Of a DNA stretch of 64,000 nt, positions 1-13,580 are shown piece by piece. Position 1 is the first letter of the stretch. Each line of letters begins with the position of its first letter. The translations under genes and the position numbers were made by a program. Source of the DNA: Octopus sinensis (Eukaryota); contig NC_043008.1 of the NCBI RefSeq assembly GCF_006345805.1, positions 48,732,001 through 48,796,000 on the forward strand, given 5' to 3'. Below the pieces are notes generated by a model. That model ran no database searches and was not told the origin of the DNA. It was given only the letters and a program-made list of their open reading frames with translations.

Positions 1-1158
1 GAGCTGCCAAGCTGGAGCACTAGTTCCAATCATCTGTTTTGGCATCGTTTCCGCCCCCCCTCACCAAAAAGGATGAAAGGCAAAGATGACGTTGGTGGAA
101 ATAAAACTGAGGACATAAAGACAAAGTGCCACAAAGCATTTAGTCCAGCCTGATAACTATTTTGCCAGCTGGCCACCTTAACAACAACAACAGCAATGAT
201 GAGAAGTAAAAATGTCTCACTTATTTTAATTGTTTTTAACTACTGATTAAATGGTCACTAATTACTTTGTGATTAATTGATGTCTTATTAAGAGAACTCA
301 CTGAGGAATTGCACTTGCTCTAAACATTTCTGGTCCACCTGCCTAAAAACTAATTACACACAATAATTAATAATTTCTAATGTAGGCACAAAGCCACACG
401 TTTTGTACAAGAGGGAACGGACAATTTAATCAACTTGGAGGACTTAATTATAATTTATTTTATTGATTCCAGAAGGGAAAACAAATTCAAAAAAAAAAAG
501 GAAAAAAGAAAAAAAGAAGAGGTATGAAAATGGACAGCTAATTAAATTGAACCCAGTATTTCTTTCATTGGGAAGTGAAAAGAACAAATAATTAAAAACT
601 GACCCCCAAAATATTACTAGTACTTATTTTATCACACTAGACAGGATCTGAACTTGGAATCTAAGGTGTAATATATGGAACTCAATACTGCAAGGCATTT
701 AGTTCAGTGCTCTGGCAATTCTTACATTGGCGGCACCAACCAACCGAACCCCTGCTGCTGTCACCATCAATGATGGTTTTTGAAATTTGGGGACAAGGCC
801 AGCAGTTTTTCAAGTTGATTGACCCTGGTTTTGGTACTTATTTTATCCACCCTGAAAGGATGAAAGGCAAAGTCAACCTCAGCAGCATTTGAACTCAGAA
901 CATAGAGACGAAATGCCGCTGTCTGGTGTGCTAATGACTCTGCCAGATCACCACCCCCTGCTTTCTAATTCTGGCACAAATCCAGCAAATTTTGAGGGAA
1001 GGGGCCAAACTGATTACGTCGATCCCAATGCTCAACTGGAATCTTATTTTACTGACTATGGAAGGATGAAAGGGCAAAGTTAACTTTGGTGGAATTTGAA
1101 CTCAAAATGCAAGCATTTTGCTTCATGTTCTAACGATTCTGCTACCTCACTGCACTCA

Positions 1159-1192
<34 letters not shown>

Positions 1193-1559
1193 TGATGATA
1201 ATAACCCTTTCTACTATAAGGCACAAGGACTGAAATGGGGGGTGGGGGGTTATCAGTTACATCAACCCCCAGCGCTCAGCTGGTACTTGTTTTATCAACC
1301 AAGAAATGACGACAGGCAAAGTCAACCTCAGTGGACATTGAACTTAGAATGTAAAGATGGATGAAATGCCACAAAGCGTTTAGTCCAGCATGCAAATTAT
1401 TCTGGCACCTTTCTGCCTTGTACTTCAATTTTTGGCACAAGGCCAGCAATTTTGAAGGGAGGGAGGTGAATGATTACATCCACTCCAGGACTTTATTCCA
1501 TCAACCTTAAAGAGAGAATGGCAAAGTTGATAATGATGATAATGATGGTAATAATAATA

Positions 1560-2117
1560 CCCTGATGCAGTACTAGACAGTGGCTCTCATGGCTTCTCAT
1601 CTTAACTGATTAGAGGTGTTATCATGTCCATTGTTTTGTCTTGGTTTATACCAAAATGAGCAAATGCAGCAAATATTCTGTTCAATATCACAGTTTTACT
1701 TGTCATTTGCTTGACCGTAACCAGTTGAGCATGTCTCTTAGCGGCTTACGATATGTGCATCACTGATCACAAGCAGACGTAGTGGGGGAGCATCATAGCC
1801 GTGTTGAGAGGAATTCTTTGGGGTTTGGATAATTCACCTATGGAAACCTGGGTGTTTTGTTCAACATCCTTAAACAACCCTTATTCAGGGACCCTTTGAG
1901 CAGGATGGGCTACTCAATCTGAAGAAAATTCTAACTGGACCCCATTTGCAAGGTCATGCGCTGTTTATCTTGATATGAGATCACCATGTAGCACACATAT
2001 GGCTGTGATGCATATACCTGGTGTATCCTTATCAGACGGGTAGTCATGATGGGTATACTGGGCTTTGTATATTTGTACGTCAGTGTCGCTATGATGGCAT
2101 GCACTGCTCTCTCACTC
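1560..2117. mobile_element. Unclassified ~560-bp interspersed repeat embedded in (AAT)n, copy 1
   Basis: Colinear with 57579-58098 from CCCTGATGCAGTAC to CTGCTCTCYCAYTC; (AAT)n on both sides. Confidence 0.75.
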
Positions 2118-2751
2118 AATAATAATAATAATAATGATGATGATGATAATAATGCCTCCTCCCCAGAACTTGCTGGCTTAATGCCAAAATTTGAAACAAT
2201 CATCATCATCATTATTATTATTATTGTTGTTGTTACGGTGGCAAGCCGGCAGAATTGTTAGCATGCTGGACGAAATGCTTAGCAGTATTTCACCTGTCGC
2301 TACGTTCTGAGTTCAAATTCCGCCTTTCATCCTTTTGGGGTCGATAAATTAAGTACCAGTGAAACACTGGGGTCGATGTGACTGTTTATCCCCTTCCCCA
2401 CAAAGATTCAGGCCTTGTGCCTAGGTGGCGAGCTGGCGGAATTGTTATGATGCTGCGCAAAATGCTTAGCAGTATTTTGTCCATCTTCACATTCCGAGTT
2501 CAAATTCCACTGAGGTCAACTTTGCCTTTCATCCTTTTGGGGTCAATAAAATAAGTACCAGGTGAGTGCTGGGGGTTGATGTATTCATGTGCCAAACTTT
2601 ATAATAATTATTATTATTTTTCTTCTTTAATTTTGTTTCCATTTCTTGCCAAGTGTCTTTTCGACATCCAGGGCAAAGAAACTCCCTGTATACAGTGGCA
2701 GGCCATTAAGATAAACACATCAGATTGTCCATTCACAAAGCCAAGTTATGT

Positions 2752-2895
<144 letters not shown>

Positions 2896-4329
2896 AAAGA
2901 AGAAATTCACAGCGAAGACAATCCTTTACAGTTCTGGCATGGATGGTAAGCCAAGGATCAGTCTCAAATAATTTTCAGTTCCGTTTTTTAATCATTATCA
3001 TCATTAATTAAGGCAGCCAGCTGGCAGAATCGTTAGCATGATGGGCAAAATGTTAAGTGGCATTTTGTCTGTCTCTACATTCTGAGTTCAAATTCTGCTG
3101 AGATTGACTTTGTTTTTCATCCTTTTGGGAGTCAATAAAATGAGTACCAGTTGAGGATGGTGGTGGTGGTGGTGGTCAATGTAACCCCCCCACACACACA
3201 CACACAACCCGCTCCTCTGAACTGGCTGGTCTCGTGTCAAAACTTTGAACTTATTCCTTCTGGCTGTTTACTTTCTCATTTCAAATGCCACTGAGTCAAC
3301 TTTTCAGGGTCAATAAAATAAAAGTACCAGTCAAACACTGGGGTTGATGTAATCAACTAGCCCCCTCCCCACCAAATTTCAGCCCTGGTGCCCAGAGTAG
3401 AAAGAGTTATTATCACCTAAAGGGAATAATAATCCTTTCTACTATAGGCACAAGTCGATTACATCGACCCCAGTGTTTCATTGGTACTTAGTTTAGTGAC
3501 CCTGAAATGATGAAAGGTGAAGTTGACCCCAGCAGAATTTCAATCGTTGTTGTTGCTGACAAAGACCAAAACAAGAATGAGATAACTTCAGGCCCACCAC
3601 TCTACAACAGTAATTCTTGCTCATTTAGGCAAAAAGCTAGCAATCTTAAGAGAAATGAGTTACATGATACCATTGCTCCCACCCCAACCCTGTACTTCAC
3701 TGGTACTTTATTTGTCAACCTCAGAGTGAGGAAAGGCAAACTGACCTGGGCTGGATTTGAACCGTGAACACTGAGAACAGTAATGACATATGGCAAGGAA
3801 TTTTGTTTTACCCTCGAATGATTTTGCCAGCTCAAATAATTTTCTAACATAGGTACAAACTAGCGACTGGAGAAAGGGTGGACAGAATATTCAGTTATAT
3901 TGACCTCCCTAGTATGCGACTGGTACTTAATTTCATTGAGCCTTTAATACAGAGGACCTTTTGCTCTCATGCCATCGGCGAAGAAGAAGAACATTGAGCA
4001 GTAAAAGCGAGAGATTAAGAAAGCTGAAGTAATTAACATACATAAATCTCAAAGGATGTAAAATTCTTTGTCAGAGAGAAAAAAAGAAGAAAGGAGAGTA
4101 AAAGAACAGTTTTTAATTCCACCACAAATAACAAGAAGAAGATGGCGAAGAAGAAGAAGAAGAAGAATTTACTGCTGCTGCTGCTGCTTCAGCTGCTGCT
4201 GCTGTTGGCTGTACTTAAGCAACTCATTGTTCTAAATTATGCCAATTTATAGCAGCTACACACAATAGTTACTCACATGGCTTGGAGAGAATGTAACAAC
4301 ACACATCCACACATATATACATGCAAGCG

Positions 4330-4770
4330 CACACACACACACACACACACAGATACATAAAGTGAGCAAGTGGGAGGAGAGGGTGAAGCAAAGAGAGAGA
4401 GAGAGAGAGGAGGGGGAGATAGAGGGAGAGAGAGAGAGAGAGAGAGAGAAGTGGGTGGCTGTAAACAAACATTTATAAGAAACTAGCAAGATAGCCAAGA
4501 CAAACACAATCACAATAAAAGTACAGACGAGTATATTTTCGTATATTATACACACACACACACACGCATGCATCATACATGAAGACATGTATATATTATA
4601 TATTACACACACACACATATACACACGTCTGTGGTGTGTGTGTGTGTGTCTTATATATATATAAGTAAAATATAGTGTTTGCAACAGGCTGAATCAAGGT
4701 CATAACCCAGTTTGTCAAAAGATCACACTGAGTCTGCAACTTGGGTGAGAGTGAGAGGAGGAAATAAAAG

Positions 4771-4814
<44 letters not shown>

Positions 4815-4815
4815 C
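4330..4815. repeat. Compound (CA)n/(GA)n/(TG)n/(TA)n microsatellite block
   Basis: Directly visible; similar dinucleotide and (ATC)n/(AAT)n tracts recur throughout the introns. Confidence 0.9.
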
Positions 4816-7454
4816 ACACATATACATGTCTATGAAATGAAAAAAAAAAAACCCCAATTTTGACAATTGACAATTGGCAATAACTGGAACCCCCTCGCCC
4901 CCTCCCAAAGACAGATAATTGTACAATGGTCACACTTGTATCTTGAAAAGGTCACACTGGAAAATAAACAACTGCTAAAGGTTGCTGATCTCAGTAGATC
5001 AGAGCACATGTGAAAGCAGAGAAGATGATGATATGCTAATTGAAGTACACTTTATACATAAGTGTGTGTGTGTGTGTGGGTGCATGTGTGTGTGCGTGTA
5101 TACATAATTATTATCATTATCATTATTATTATTATCATTATTATTATTATTATTATAGAGCTGTGGATGACAAAATTAGTAAACTGACTGACAAAATGCC
5201 TTGTGGTGTTTAGTTACATCCCTTAAAGTTCTACTTTCAACTTCTGGCTTAGGATTACTTAAGCTTTCATCCTTCCAGCAGGGATAAAATAAGCAACATT
5301 ATTATTGTTGTTGTTGTTAAGGCAGTGAGCCTGGCAGAATTTTTAGCACAGTGGACAAAATGCTTAGAGGCATTTCGTCCATCTTTACATTCCGAATTCC
5401 AAATCTTGCCAAGGTCAACTTTACTTTTCATCCTTTCAAGGTCGATGAAACAAGTGCCAGTTGACCACTGGGATCAATGCAACTGGAATTAACCCCTCCC
5501 CAAAATCTCAGGACTTGTGCTTTAGTAGAAAGGATTATATATATAAAGGTATTGCATTGGTGATGGAATTGGTTAGAGCATTGGAAGAATTTCCCTTTCC
5601 TGTGCTGAGGTTGAAGGCATCAAGTTAAGCCCCTCCTCTCAAAACTGCTGGCTTTGTGCCTAAATTAGAAACTGTTAATATACCAATTCATTAAACCAAT
5701 TCTATACCCCTACCCTTTCCTCTTTGATATGTTCCTTGGTCCCAAGAATGATAAATGAGTACCAGACAGGTACTGACTACACACGTCTCACAAATCATCA
5801 TCATCATCATCATTATTAAAACGGTGAATTGGTAGGATCATTGGACAAAGTACTTAGCAGTATTTCCTATGACAAATCCTGCCACGGTCAACTTTGTCTC
5901 TCATCTTTTCAGGGTTGATAAAATAAATGACCAATCAAGTACTGGGATGATACAATCAACTTGCCCCACCCCTCAAAGTTACTGGCCTTGTGCCAAAATT
6001 TGAAACAACAACAATAATAATTTCTTCCTGCTATTGGCGCAAGGGCTGAAGTTTCGAGAGAGGCGGATAGTCGATTGCATCAACAGCAGAACACAACTAG
6101 TATTTCTTTTATTGACTCCTAAAAGATGAATAACAACAACAATAATAACTTTTGCCAAAGACTGGATTTTTCAATTTGACTCTGTTCTATTTTTGGCAAT
6201 GACATCTGTTAGTTCCTGCCAAACTTTCCTCCTCAAAAAGCACAGTTTTCTGGAACAGGGAGGAATTAGGTTAGAGGTTCTAACAATACAGAAGATGTCA
6301 ATCACAACATACACTTTACATATAATAACAATGATTGGGGCGCAGGCACACACACACACACACACTTATAAAACACCAAGTCACATATCAAGTTTTGTTG
6401 ACTGTTGATTTCTCTCTCACACTGGAAGGAGAAAGTAGTGGCTGTGTTGAGAGAGGTGATGAAAGAGAGAGAGAAAGAAAGTATCATAAAGAGTCGTAGA
6501 TAGATAGAGAGGTGAAAGATTGGGGGAAGTAGAAGCCAGCAGCTTGTTAGACAGTCATGAGTAAAGACAGTTATATGTAAGGAGGGATAGAAAGAGTGAG
6601 GGTTAGAAATAATGTAAGAGAAGTGGAAAGAGGAAAGAAATCTCTTCACCAGAGAAAGGGAGGATAATTAGAGAGGTAATGTGATGAAATAACAGAGCTA
6701 TAAAGAGTGAGAGAAATGTAGGGGAGGAAATGACTGTTTTTAATAAATGCAGCTGAGGAAGGGAAGAGGCCAAAGTAATAAGGATTAAATGATCAAGAAC
6801 CATACTCAAGAAACATTATTGTTTTACAATGTTTGCGAAAACGACATGTATACATGGATTGATAACATCAGATGTAAACCTATAAGCCCTCCTCCCATCA
6901 AATCAAATGGAATTGCTGAAAGGTCTCGAGTATTAAAATTGGTTTAAAATCAAGATTCTATTAATTCATATTCAAGTCACATGATCTGAGTGATCAGACA
7001 AACCCTCACTCAGGAAGACTCATTAATCCACTGACGACCAAGAATAATGTCTTATGTAAACAGGGCACCAGTTTGGTACCAATGCACAAGAAATAATGAC
7101 TCACAATAAATATGATTTATATCTCAAAGCAAATAAATACTAAATACAGCAGTAATTTATAAAGGTTGGAAACTAGTTGGAAGCGAAATGCAAAATCTGT
7201 CGATCAGGTTTTGAACAATATTCTTGGCTTTATTAATAAAGATTGTGATTTGACATTGGAACGACTCAAACATGGAAACACTGAGCCTAAACTACGCAAA
7301 CAACTTTTCACAACAAGAACCACACCAGAAATATCTTCACAACACTGACTGTCACAATTAAACACAGAAAACATTCCAACACATTAAAATGTAAACCATA
7401 AGTTTTTTCCTAAAGCAAAATACTAAACATTGTCACTCGACTTCAGACATCAAC

Positions 7455-9451
7455 AGAGGTCATCGTCGACTTACGACCACGATTGGTTCTGACTGACTGG
7501 TTGTAAGTCAGCCAAAACTTCGACATAGTTTTGTTTTATATTTTGACAGTCTTAAAGTACAGTCTCGGGTACAAGTCGCACACAGCATTCTGTATTCTGC
7601 TACAACAGTGTTATTTGTTCGTAGAAAAATACCGAAGAATGCAAATAGAAGAAATACACAATGTAGTGTAAGATACAGTTGCAAAACTTGTATAAGAACT
7701 TATTGTAGACTGGTGCTTGGCTGTGGACGTTCAATGGCGTTTGTTGAGGCAAAAGTTGTAGCAGCCAGAGTTGGTTGATTGATAAACATGGTAAGCTTTG
7801 TCTGAATTGTTTGTCTCTTTTCTCTTAAAAAATTTCCCAATACGGATGAAACACATCGAGTGCCATCCGTTCAATCCTTGCAAATCATTTGATGTTTGAG
7901 TCAATTGCTTCAAAACATGCAACAAGTTTATTCAGTTGACATAAACCTTCTGATAATCCTTTTGGAGTGAACCTCCTCTTCTTTCTCCATGCATTGTTCT
8001 TCCTCTTCAATAAGCTCTTTCTTTGTAAGTTCTTCAGATTCTTGGTCTAGCAAATCTTCGATATCTTCCACTTCACACTCCAAAGAAATGTCTTTAACCA
8101 GTTTTACTAGTTTCCCGTGAATCATTTCAAGTTCATCTTCACTGTTAAATCCATCGAGAATGTCAACAAAGCCATTTTCCAACATAATTCTGCCCTTCAT
8201 GTCTTTCATGCATTTCTTTGTCCCAGCCTTCCCAGCGGTAGTGATATTCTTGATACACGTCAGAATATTGTACTTTAACCAAAATTCTCACAGTGATAGT
8301 TCTTGGTAGGTGGCCATGGCCTGAGCGAAGGTGGTTCGAAGATAGTTAGCCTTCAGTGTAGCAATTGAACCTTGATCTATTGGCTGGATGACTGGAGTCA
8401 TGTTCGATGGGAAAAACACCACTTTCATGTTGGGATGAAGATCCGATAGATGGGATGGATGTCCAGGAGCATTATCCAGAAGCAATAAAATCTTGAAAGG
8501 AATTCCTCTCTCCAAACAAAAACCATGAATTTGAGGAATAAAACAATTCAGAAACCAGTCTTCAAATAGTCTTCATGTCATCCATGCTTTAGGCTGAGAA
8601 CAAAAGTAGATGGGTAATATGTGCTGATCTACATTCTTGAACGCACGTGAGTTTTCTGAGTGGTAAATTAAGAAAGGTTTCAGCTTAAACCCTGCGATGT
8701 TCCTGCCAAGCAGCAGAGTCAGCCTGTCCTTAAGTGCTTTAAATCCAGGCTTGCATTTGGCTTTTTTATTGATGAAAGTGCATGCTGGTACACATTTCCA
8801 AAATACTCCTGTTTCATCCGTGTTAAAAATCTGCTCTGCTAGATAGCCTTCATCCGTAATTATTTCGTTTAAATAGCTAACGAACTTACCAGCTGCTTCC
8901 TTGCCTGCATTCACTGCTTCTCCTGCTTCAGTTCACATCTGATCTCATTCACTTTCTTTCCTCCTTTGTGCTGTCTAATCACCATTTCTGTGTCGAGGTC
9001 GATGGCCTTTCTTCGTTTCTTGGCAATTTGAGGAGCAGATGAAGACAATTCCCTCTTTGTAAACATTTTAGGGGACATGTTTTGAAAAAATATCAAAGAC
9101 AAAAGAGTCGCAAAGTCACTGGAAGAGTCACGCTCTATCGAGCCTGGCATTAGTCAAAACTGTCAGAGTCTCAAGTAATCATCTTATAAACAAATAAGAG
9201 GTTGATTTGATGTCTCTGTGACAGGATGGTCATCCAACACACTTGAGATAACCACAGTGGCAATCGATAACCAAACCTAGGGTAAGCATTTGTTAGCTGA
9301 CATCATCCACAGACAGGTTAATCTCTAAGAAATTAAACCCATTACATTTCAACTGGACTATTTATCTCTGCTGCTAGGAGCTGGTATGCCAATTGTCATA
9401 AAGTCAATCGGTCGTAAGTCGGGCATAGGTCATAGGTCGACGACAACCTAT
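7455..9451 (-). mobile_element. Decayed Tigger/pogo (TIGD1-like) DNA transposon, ~2.0 kb, internally deleted
   Basis: Minus-strand fragments: CENP-B-type HTH (KRRKAIDLDTEM...GGKKVN), DDE_1 core (QIFNTDETGVFWK...KDRLTLLLG; LLLLDNAPGHP; QPIDQGSIATLKANY) and acidic C-terminus. Imperfect TIRs AGGTCATCGTCGACTTACGACC (7457-7478) and revcomp of GGTCATAGGTCGACGACAACCT (9428-9449). Frameshifted; the second HTH appears deleted near 8930. Confidence 0.9.
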
Positions 9452-10658
9452 ATAGACAAATAAATTGCAACTTCAGAACATTCAAATTACACTGGTTTAA
9501 CACATCACTTCTGCTCCACACATGCATAACATCACTTACACCTAGACCCACATTCGGATATTTGTCCACTCTGCAAGGGTCACATGCACAATATGACACA
9601 CTTCTTTCATTGCATATACATACACACACACACAAACACACATCTAGAGGACTAGATACAAATTACACATTCCTTATAAAACAGCTTTTATTTCTCTATG
9701 GAGGAACCAGGCTGTGGGCAGAAGCCCTCAAGGCCAACAACACTCGCAATATCCCCAGGAGTGCATAGAGCCACTGTTTAGTTCTGGGCAGAACAATAAT
9801 TGTATTTGACTGAAGATAGGTTTCTTCCAGTTACCTCCACACCATTTCTCATTTTAATCCCTGTCTGCACTACTTTAGCCAATCACCTCCCTTTCTGTGC
9901 TTTCAGTCATTCCAGTGCCATTCACAATTTGCAACACCTCTCATACCTGCTATAATTCTCAATGCTACATGCACACACACATGGAGGTGGATGGTTCTTT
10001 TATACAAAAACACAAAATGTGCATCAGACACCCATGTTAGAAATGTGTAGAGTCAGTTATAAATGTCCGTTGTTAAATAGGATTTACAGCTCCTGCTTCC
10101 CAGAAAAATTTCACATCATCTGCCCAGTCTTGAACTTATCTAGACTGACTGGCATACACCAGTCAGTGCCTACTGATGAACTTTGAATCAGAACCACTTC
10201 CTAATGTTTGAGGCAAAAAACTCAATGTCATCAGTCACATGACCAATCAAAGACATCCAACGCTTCCAAATATCCTTGCTATCGTTTTATTTTTTTAAGT
10301 CCCTGAAATCAACTGAACAAAACCATTACCTATGTGGAAACAATCCATTTTACCAATATATAATTATATATATGGAGATGTACTTGCATAGTGAGTGACT
10401 TGATCAGAGATCGTGTGCTGGAACGAAAACAATTGCAGCGTGGAAGGTGTTTTTTTGTGTGTTTCTTAAATGGCTTATAAACACCTTCCGTGCTGTAATT
10501 ATATATACATATATACAAATGCACATACTACACACATGAACAGGAAGGATTGTCACGATCATGTGTAAATAAATTTGAAATGGACATCAAAGCGATGATA
10601 TAATAAAGATGAAATTTAAAAGAAAAAAACAACAAAAGAAAAGCTCAACTTTTCTTAC

Positions 10659-11916
10659 CTGGAAGAACCTTCTTGTCTTCTTCTCTTGGGTTTACTTCTG
10701 CCATCATCCGTGGTACTCCGTTGGCGTTTCTTGTGCATGGCGGTTAGTGGCTCGTTTTCTGATTGAACATAATTTATCACAGAATTAGAGGAAATGCTAT
10801 CTATGCTAGTCTGTCTGTTTGAGTCCGTATGACACGCTTCAGATACTCCATCATCCATCACAGTTGACTGAACATTGTGGCTCTCAGGAGTCACTTCGTT
10901 TACATAATCAGTGTTGGCCAGATCTGCTGGTGATTTCGATTGGTTGTTATCAGCATGTGATAACCAATCAGCTTTAGTCCTCACCTGTCCAGCCTTATGT
11001 AATCGTTGAACACTTTGGTTCACAAGTTTACGTTTTATCTTTTCCACAGCATTTTTCGAATCAGGTGAATGTTCAGGGGAGGCAAGCTTGGTCTTCCCTT
11101 TGCCTGTTTTGTTACTTACCTGGTTTTGCAGATTTTGGCATTCCAAGCAAGATTTACAGTCTTTTTTAGCAGTAGAAGATTTTGCTGTTGATGATGATGA
11201 TGATGATGACGACGATAATGATGTTGATGATAATGATGATGGTGGTGGTGATGATAATGTAGATGATGATGATGCAGCAGTTTCCACTGTAGCTGGCATT
11301 GATGCTACTGTGGCTGATGTTGTTGTTGTTGTTGATGAAGATGAAGAAGATGATGATGACAATGATGATGATGATGATGTAGTGATGCTAGTGTTAGAGG
11401 CTGTAACCACTGCTGCTACTGTTGCCGCTGGCGTTGCAGCAGCTGCTGCCGTTACTCCTGCAGCCGACACTGCAGCAGTTGCTGCCAGTTTTGTACTCTG
11501 TTGACGGGAACACACACTTCCAGCATTGCTGCTACTATCAACAGATGCAGCAGCCCCACGGTCACAGTCCGTTGAACCGTAGTTATAAAGTCTGGAGTCC
11601 TGTACAACTGTACACCGAGATTCTGATAAACGTGGAGCATCTTTCTGACCATCTTTGGATTGCTGTGCATTGTAATTCTCTAGAATGCAGTTGGACTTCA
11701 CACTGTTGTTGGTGAAGCATTTGTTCTCCTCATAAGACGACTTCCTGGAGCATTTAGGGCGGCTGTGTGAAGAAAATGCCTGTGAATGCGACAATGAGCT
11801 GGAACCATCTAGCGATGCCATCTCACTGCATGGTTTATCCAATTCATATGAAGCGGAGTTATTGTTGTTATTCACAGTAACTGGTGTCTCAAGAGACTGA
11901 TAATTACTTTCCATAC
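10659..11916 (-). CDS. ASH1L: ASH1L-like gene, next coding exon (1,258 bp, phase 1 to phase 2), Ser/Ala/Thr low-complexity linker ending in basic NLS-like KPKRRRQ
   Basis: Acceptor TTTTTGTTTTTTTATCTCTAG|GTATGGAA at 11917/11916 and donor TCCAG|GTAAGA at 10659/10658. The G left by the giant exon plus GT gives Gly, in the ORF-track frame (…DS-G-MESNYQ…), so phases match. Confidence 0.8.
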
Positions 11917-12175
11917 CTAGAGATAAAAAAACAAAAAATACACATATACCATCCACACATCTACAAAAGTAGCTTGGAAATATCCTAGACATAATTATGC
12001 GACTGATTTACCATGCATAAATACATAATTAATGACCACAACATTATCTACACACCACTTTCACAGGAACCAGTCGGTATCAAGGATCCCCGAGTTATTG
12101 CATTAATTCTCTCTCTGAGAGAGTAACACATTGTAATATTTTGCTATTCAATTCCTCAAGATAGATATCCAAACC

Positions 12176-12407
12176 CAAGGGTTCTCAACTATTTCTTTAC
12201 CTCTGGACTACTCTGATTCCTTTTTTATTCTCCTGGACCTCCATAATAATTCAACATGTGTAAGAAACATCGTTTTATATTTCTATAATTAAATATTATT
12301 AGGAATTGTATAAAAACATTAAAATCTTTTGTGTATTGTAGCAGTGAAACCAATTTACAACACTTTAGCAACAAAATCTTATATGGACAGGCAATTGAGA
12401 ATCACTG
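12176..12407. mobile_element. hAT/Charlie-type MITE
   Basis: Termini CAAGGGTTCTCAAC ... TTGAGAATCACTG (cf. CAGTGGTTCTCAA); the AT-rich interior is homologous to 37111-37353. Confidence 0.6.
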
Positions 12408-13165
12408 CATTAAACAAGGCTGATTTACACACCCACACACACACACACCACTCACCTCCACATAGCCAACGTTTACATAACTTGTATATAAGTCATTAAT
12501 CTACAGATACACACTATATACATAGCTAACTCTGCTTACCTTTGCAAGATGTGTGAGTGTGTGCATGCATGCATATATGTGGTGGTGTGATGTGTGTATG
12601 TGATGTATGTAAGCGTGAGGTGGTGAGCTTTGTGATGGGACACATGGTATCTGTGTGTGTACGTGCAATGTGGTATCTGCTGTGATGTATGTATGCATAC
12701 AGCATGTGGCAGTGTGTGATATGACACTGAAAAGCTGTTGTACCTATAAGATATAACCCGAGATGAAGAATTGATTACTGATCTAAATGTTTCCCAATTT
12801 GGTAAAGATTTGTATGGACTGACTAGATAAGGATATCATAAAGCCTACACTGGTGAACTGTAGTGCAGTACCCCAACCACCAAGGTCGTGCCGAGTACCC
12901 AGTTATTGTCACTCATCTGTTGTACTAGCAAGTAATTGGGAGGAAATGGATGACTTGATATATTATAAATGAAATTCTGGCATTTGCACAGTTCAATGGT
13001 GCCAAGGTTAGGATTTCAAGACGGACATTTGTTTGTTACTCTTTCCTCTCCAAATTGCAAAGTGGAAAGATGAAAAGAAATGTTAATCCTGGAAGGATTT
13101 AATCCTAGAATTGTAAAGCAAATGGCTAAGCTTCTTACTCCACACACAAACAGGAAGGATTGCCA

Positions 13166-13225
13166 CAATCATGTGACAATCATGTGACAATCATGTGACA
13201 ATCATGTGACAATCATGTGACAATC
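13166..13225. repeat. 11-bp minisatellite (CAATCATGTGA)x5 inside a palindromic AGGATTG...CAATCCT unit
   Basis: Five exact units plus CAATC, counted directly. A single-unit homolog lies at 10539-10565. Confidence 0.9.
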
Positions 13226-13264
13226 CTTGTCACGATTATTATTGGCAGTTTATCTACACCAAGT

Positions 13265-13580
13265 GAAGGTTCGTAGCTAAGTGGTTTGGGTAATTTGGCT
13301 CACAATCATCAGGTTGTGAGTTCAATTCCCGCCAGCACATTGTCCCCTTGAGCAAGACACTTTATTTCATGTTGCTTCAGTTTCCCCTCAGCTGGCAAAA
13401 ATGATTTGTACCCGTATTTCAAAAGGGCCAGCCTTGTCCCATTCTGTTTCATGCTGAATCTCCCCCAGGAATATGTTAAGGGTTATGCATGTCTGTGGAG
13501 TACTCAGCCATTTAATTTCACAAGCTGGCTGTTCAGTGGATGGGATCAACTGGAACCCTCATTGTCATAACCAAGAGTAC
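13265..13580 (+). mobile_element. tRNA-derived SINE family B with conserved central body (GGGCCAGCCTTGTC...CTGTGGAGTRCTCAGCC...CAACTGGAACCCTC)
   Basis: A/B boxes (TAGCTAAGTGG, GAGTTCAATTCC) followed by CCTTGAGCAAGACACTT. Homologous reverse copies at 15061-15160, 36690-37070 and 47170-47410. Confidence 0.75.

Noticed and set aside
4142-4252. 36-aa sORF MAKKKKKKNLLLLLLQLLLLLAVLKQ... resembling a signal peptide
   Set aside because: The basic-then-hydrophobic pattern arises automatically from adjacent (AAG)n and (CTG)n repeats; no other support.
11088-11715. Plus-strand poly-Asp/Val ORFs, and likewise plus-strand ORFs across 15290-22149
   Set aside because: Antisense shadows of the low-complexity Ser/Ala/Gln codons in the minus-strand exons.
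13166-13225. CRISPR-like direct repeats
   Set aside because: 11-bp units with no spacers in eukaryotic DNA: a minisatellite.
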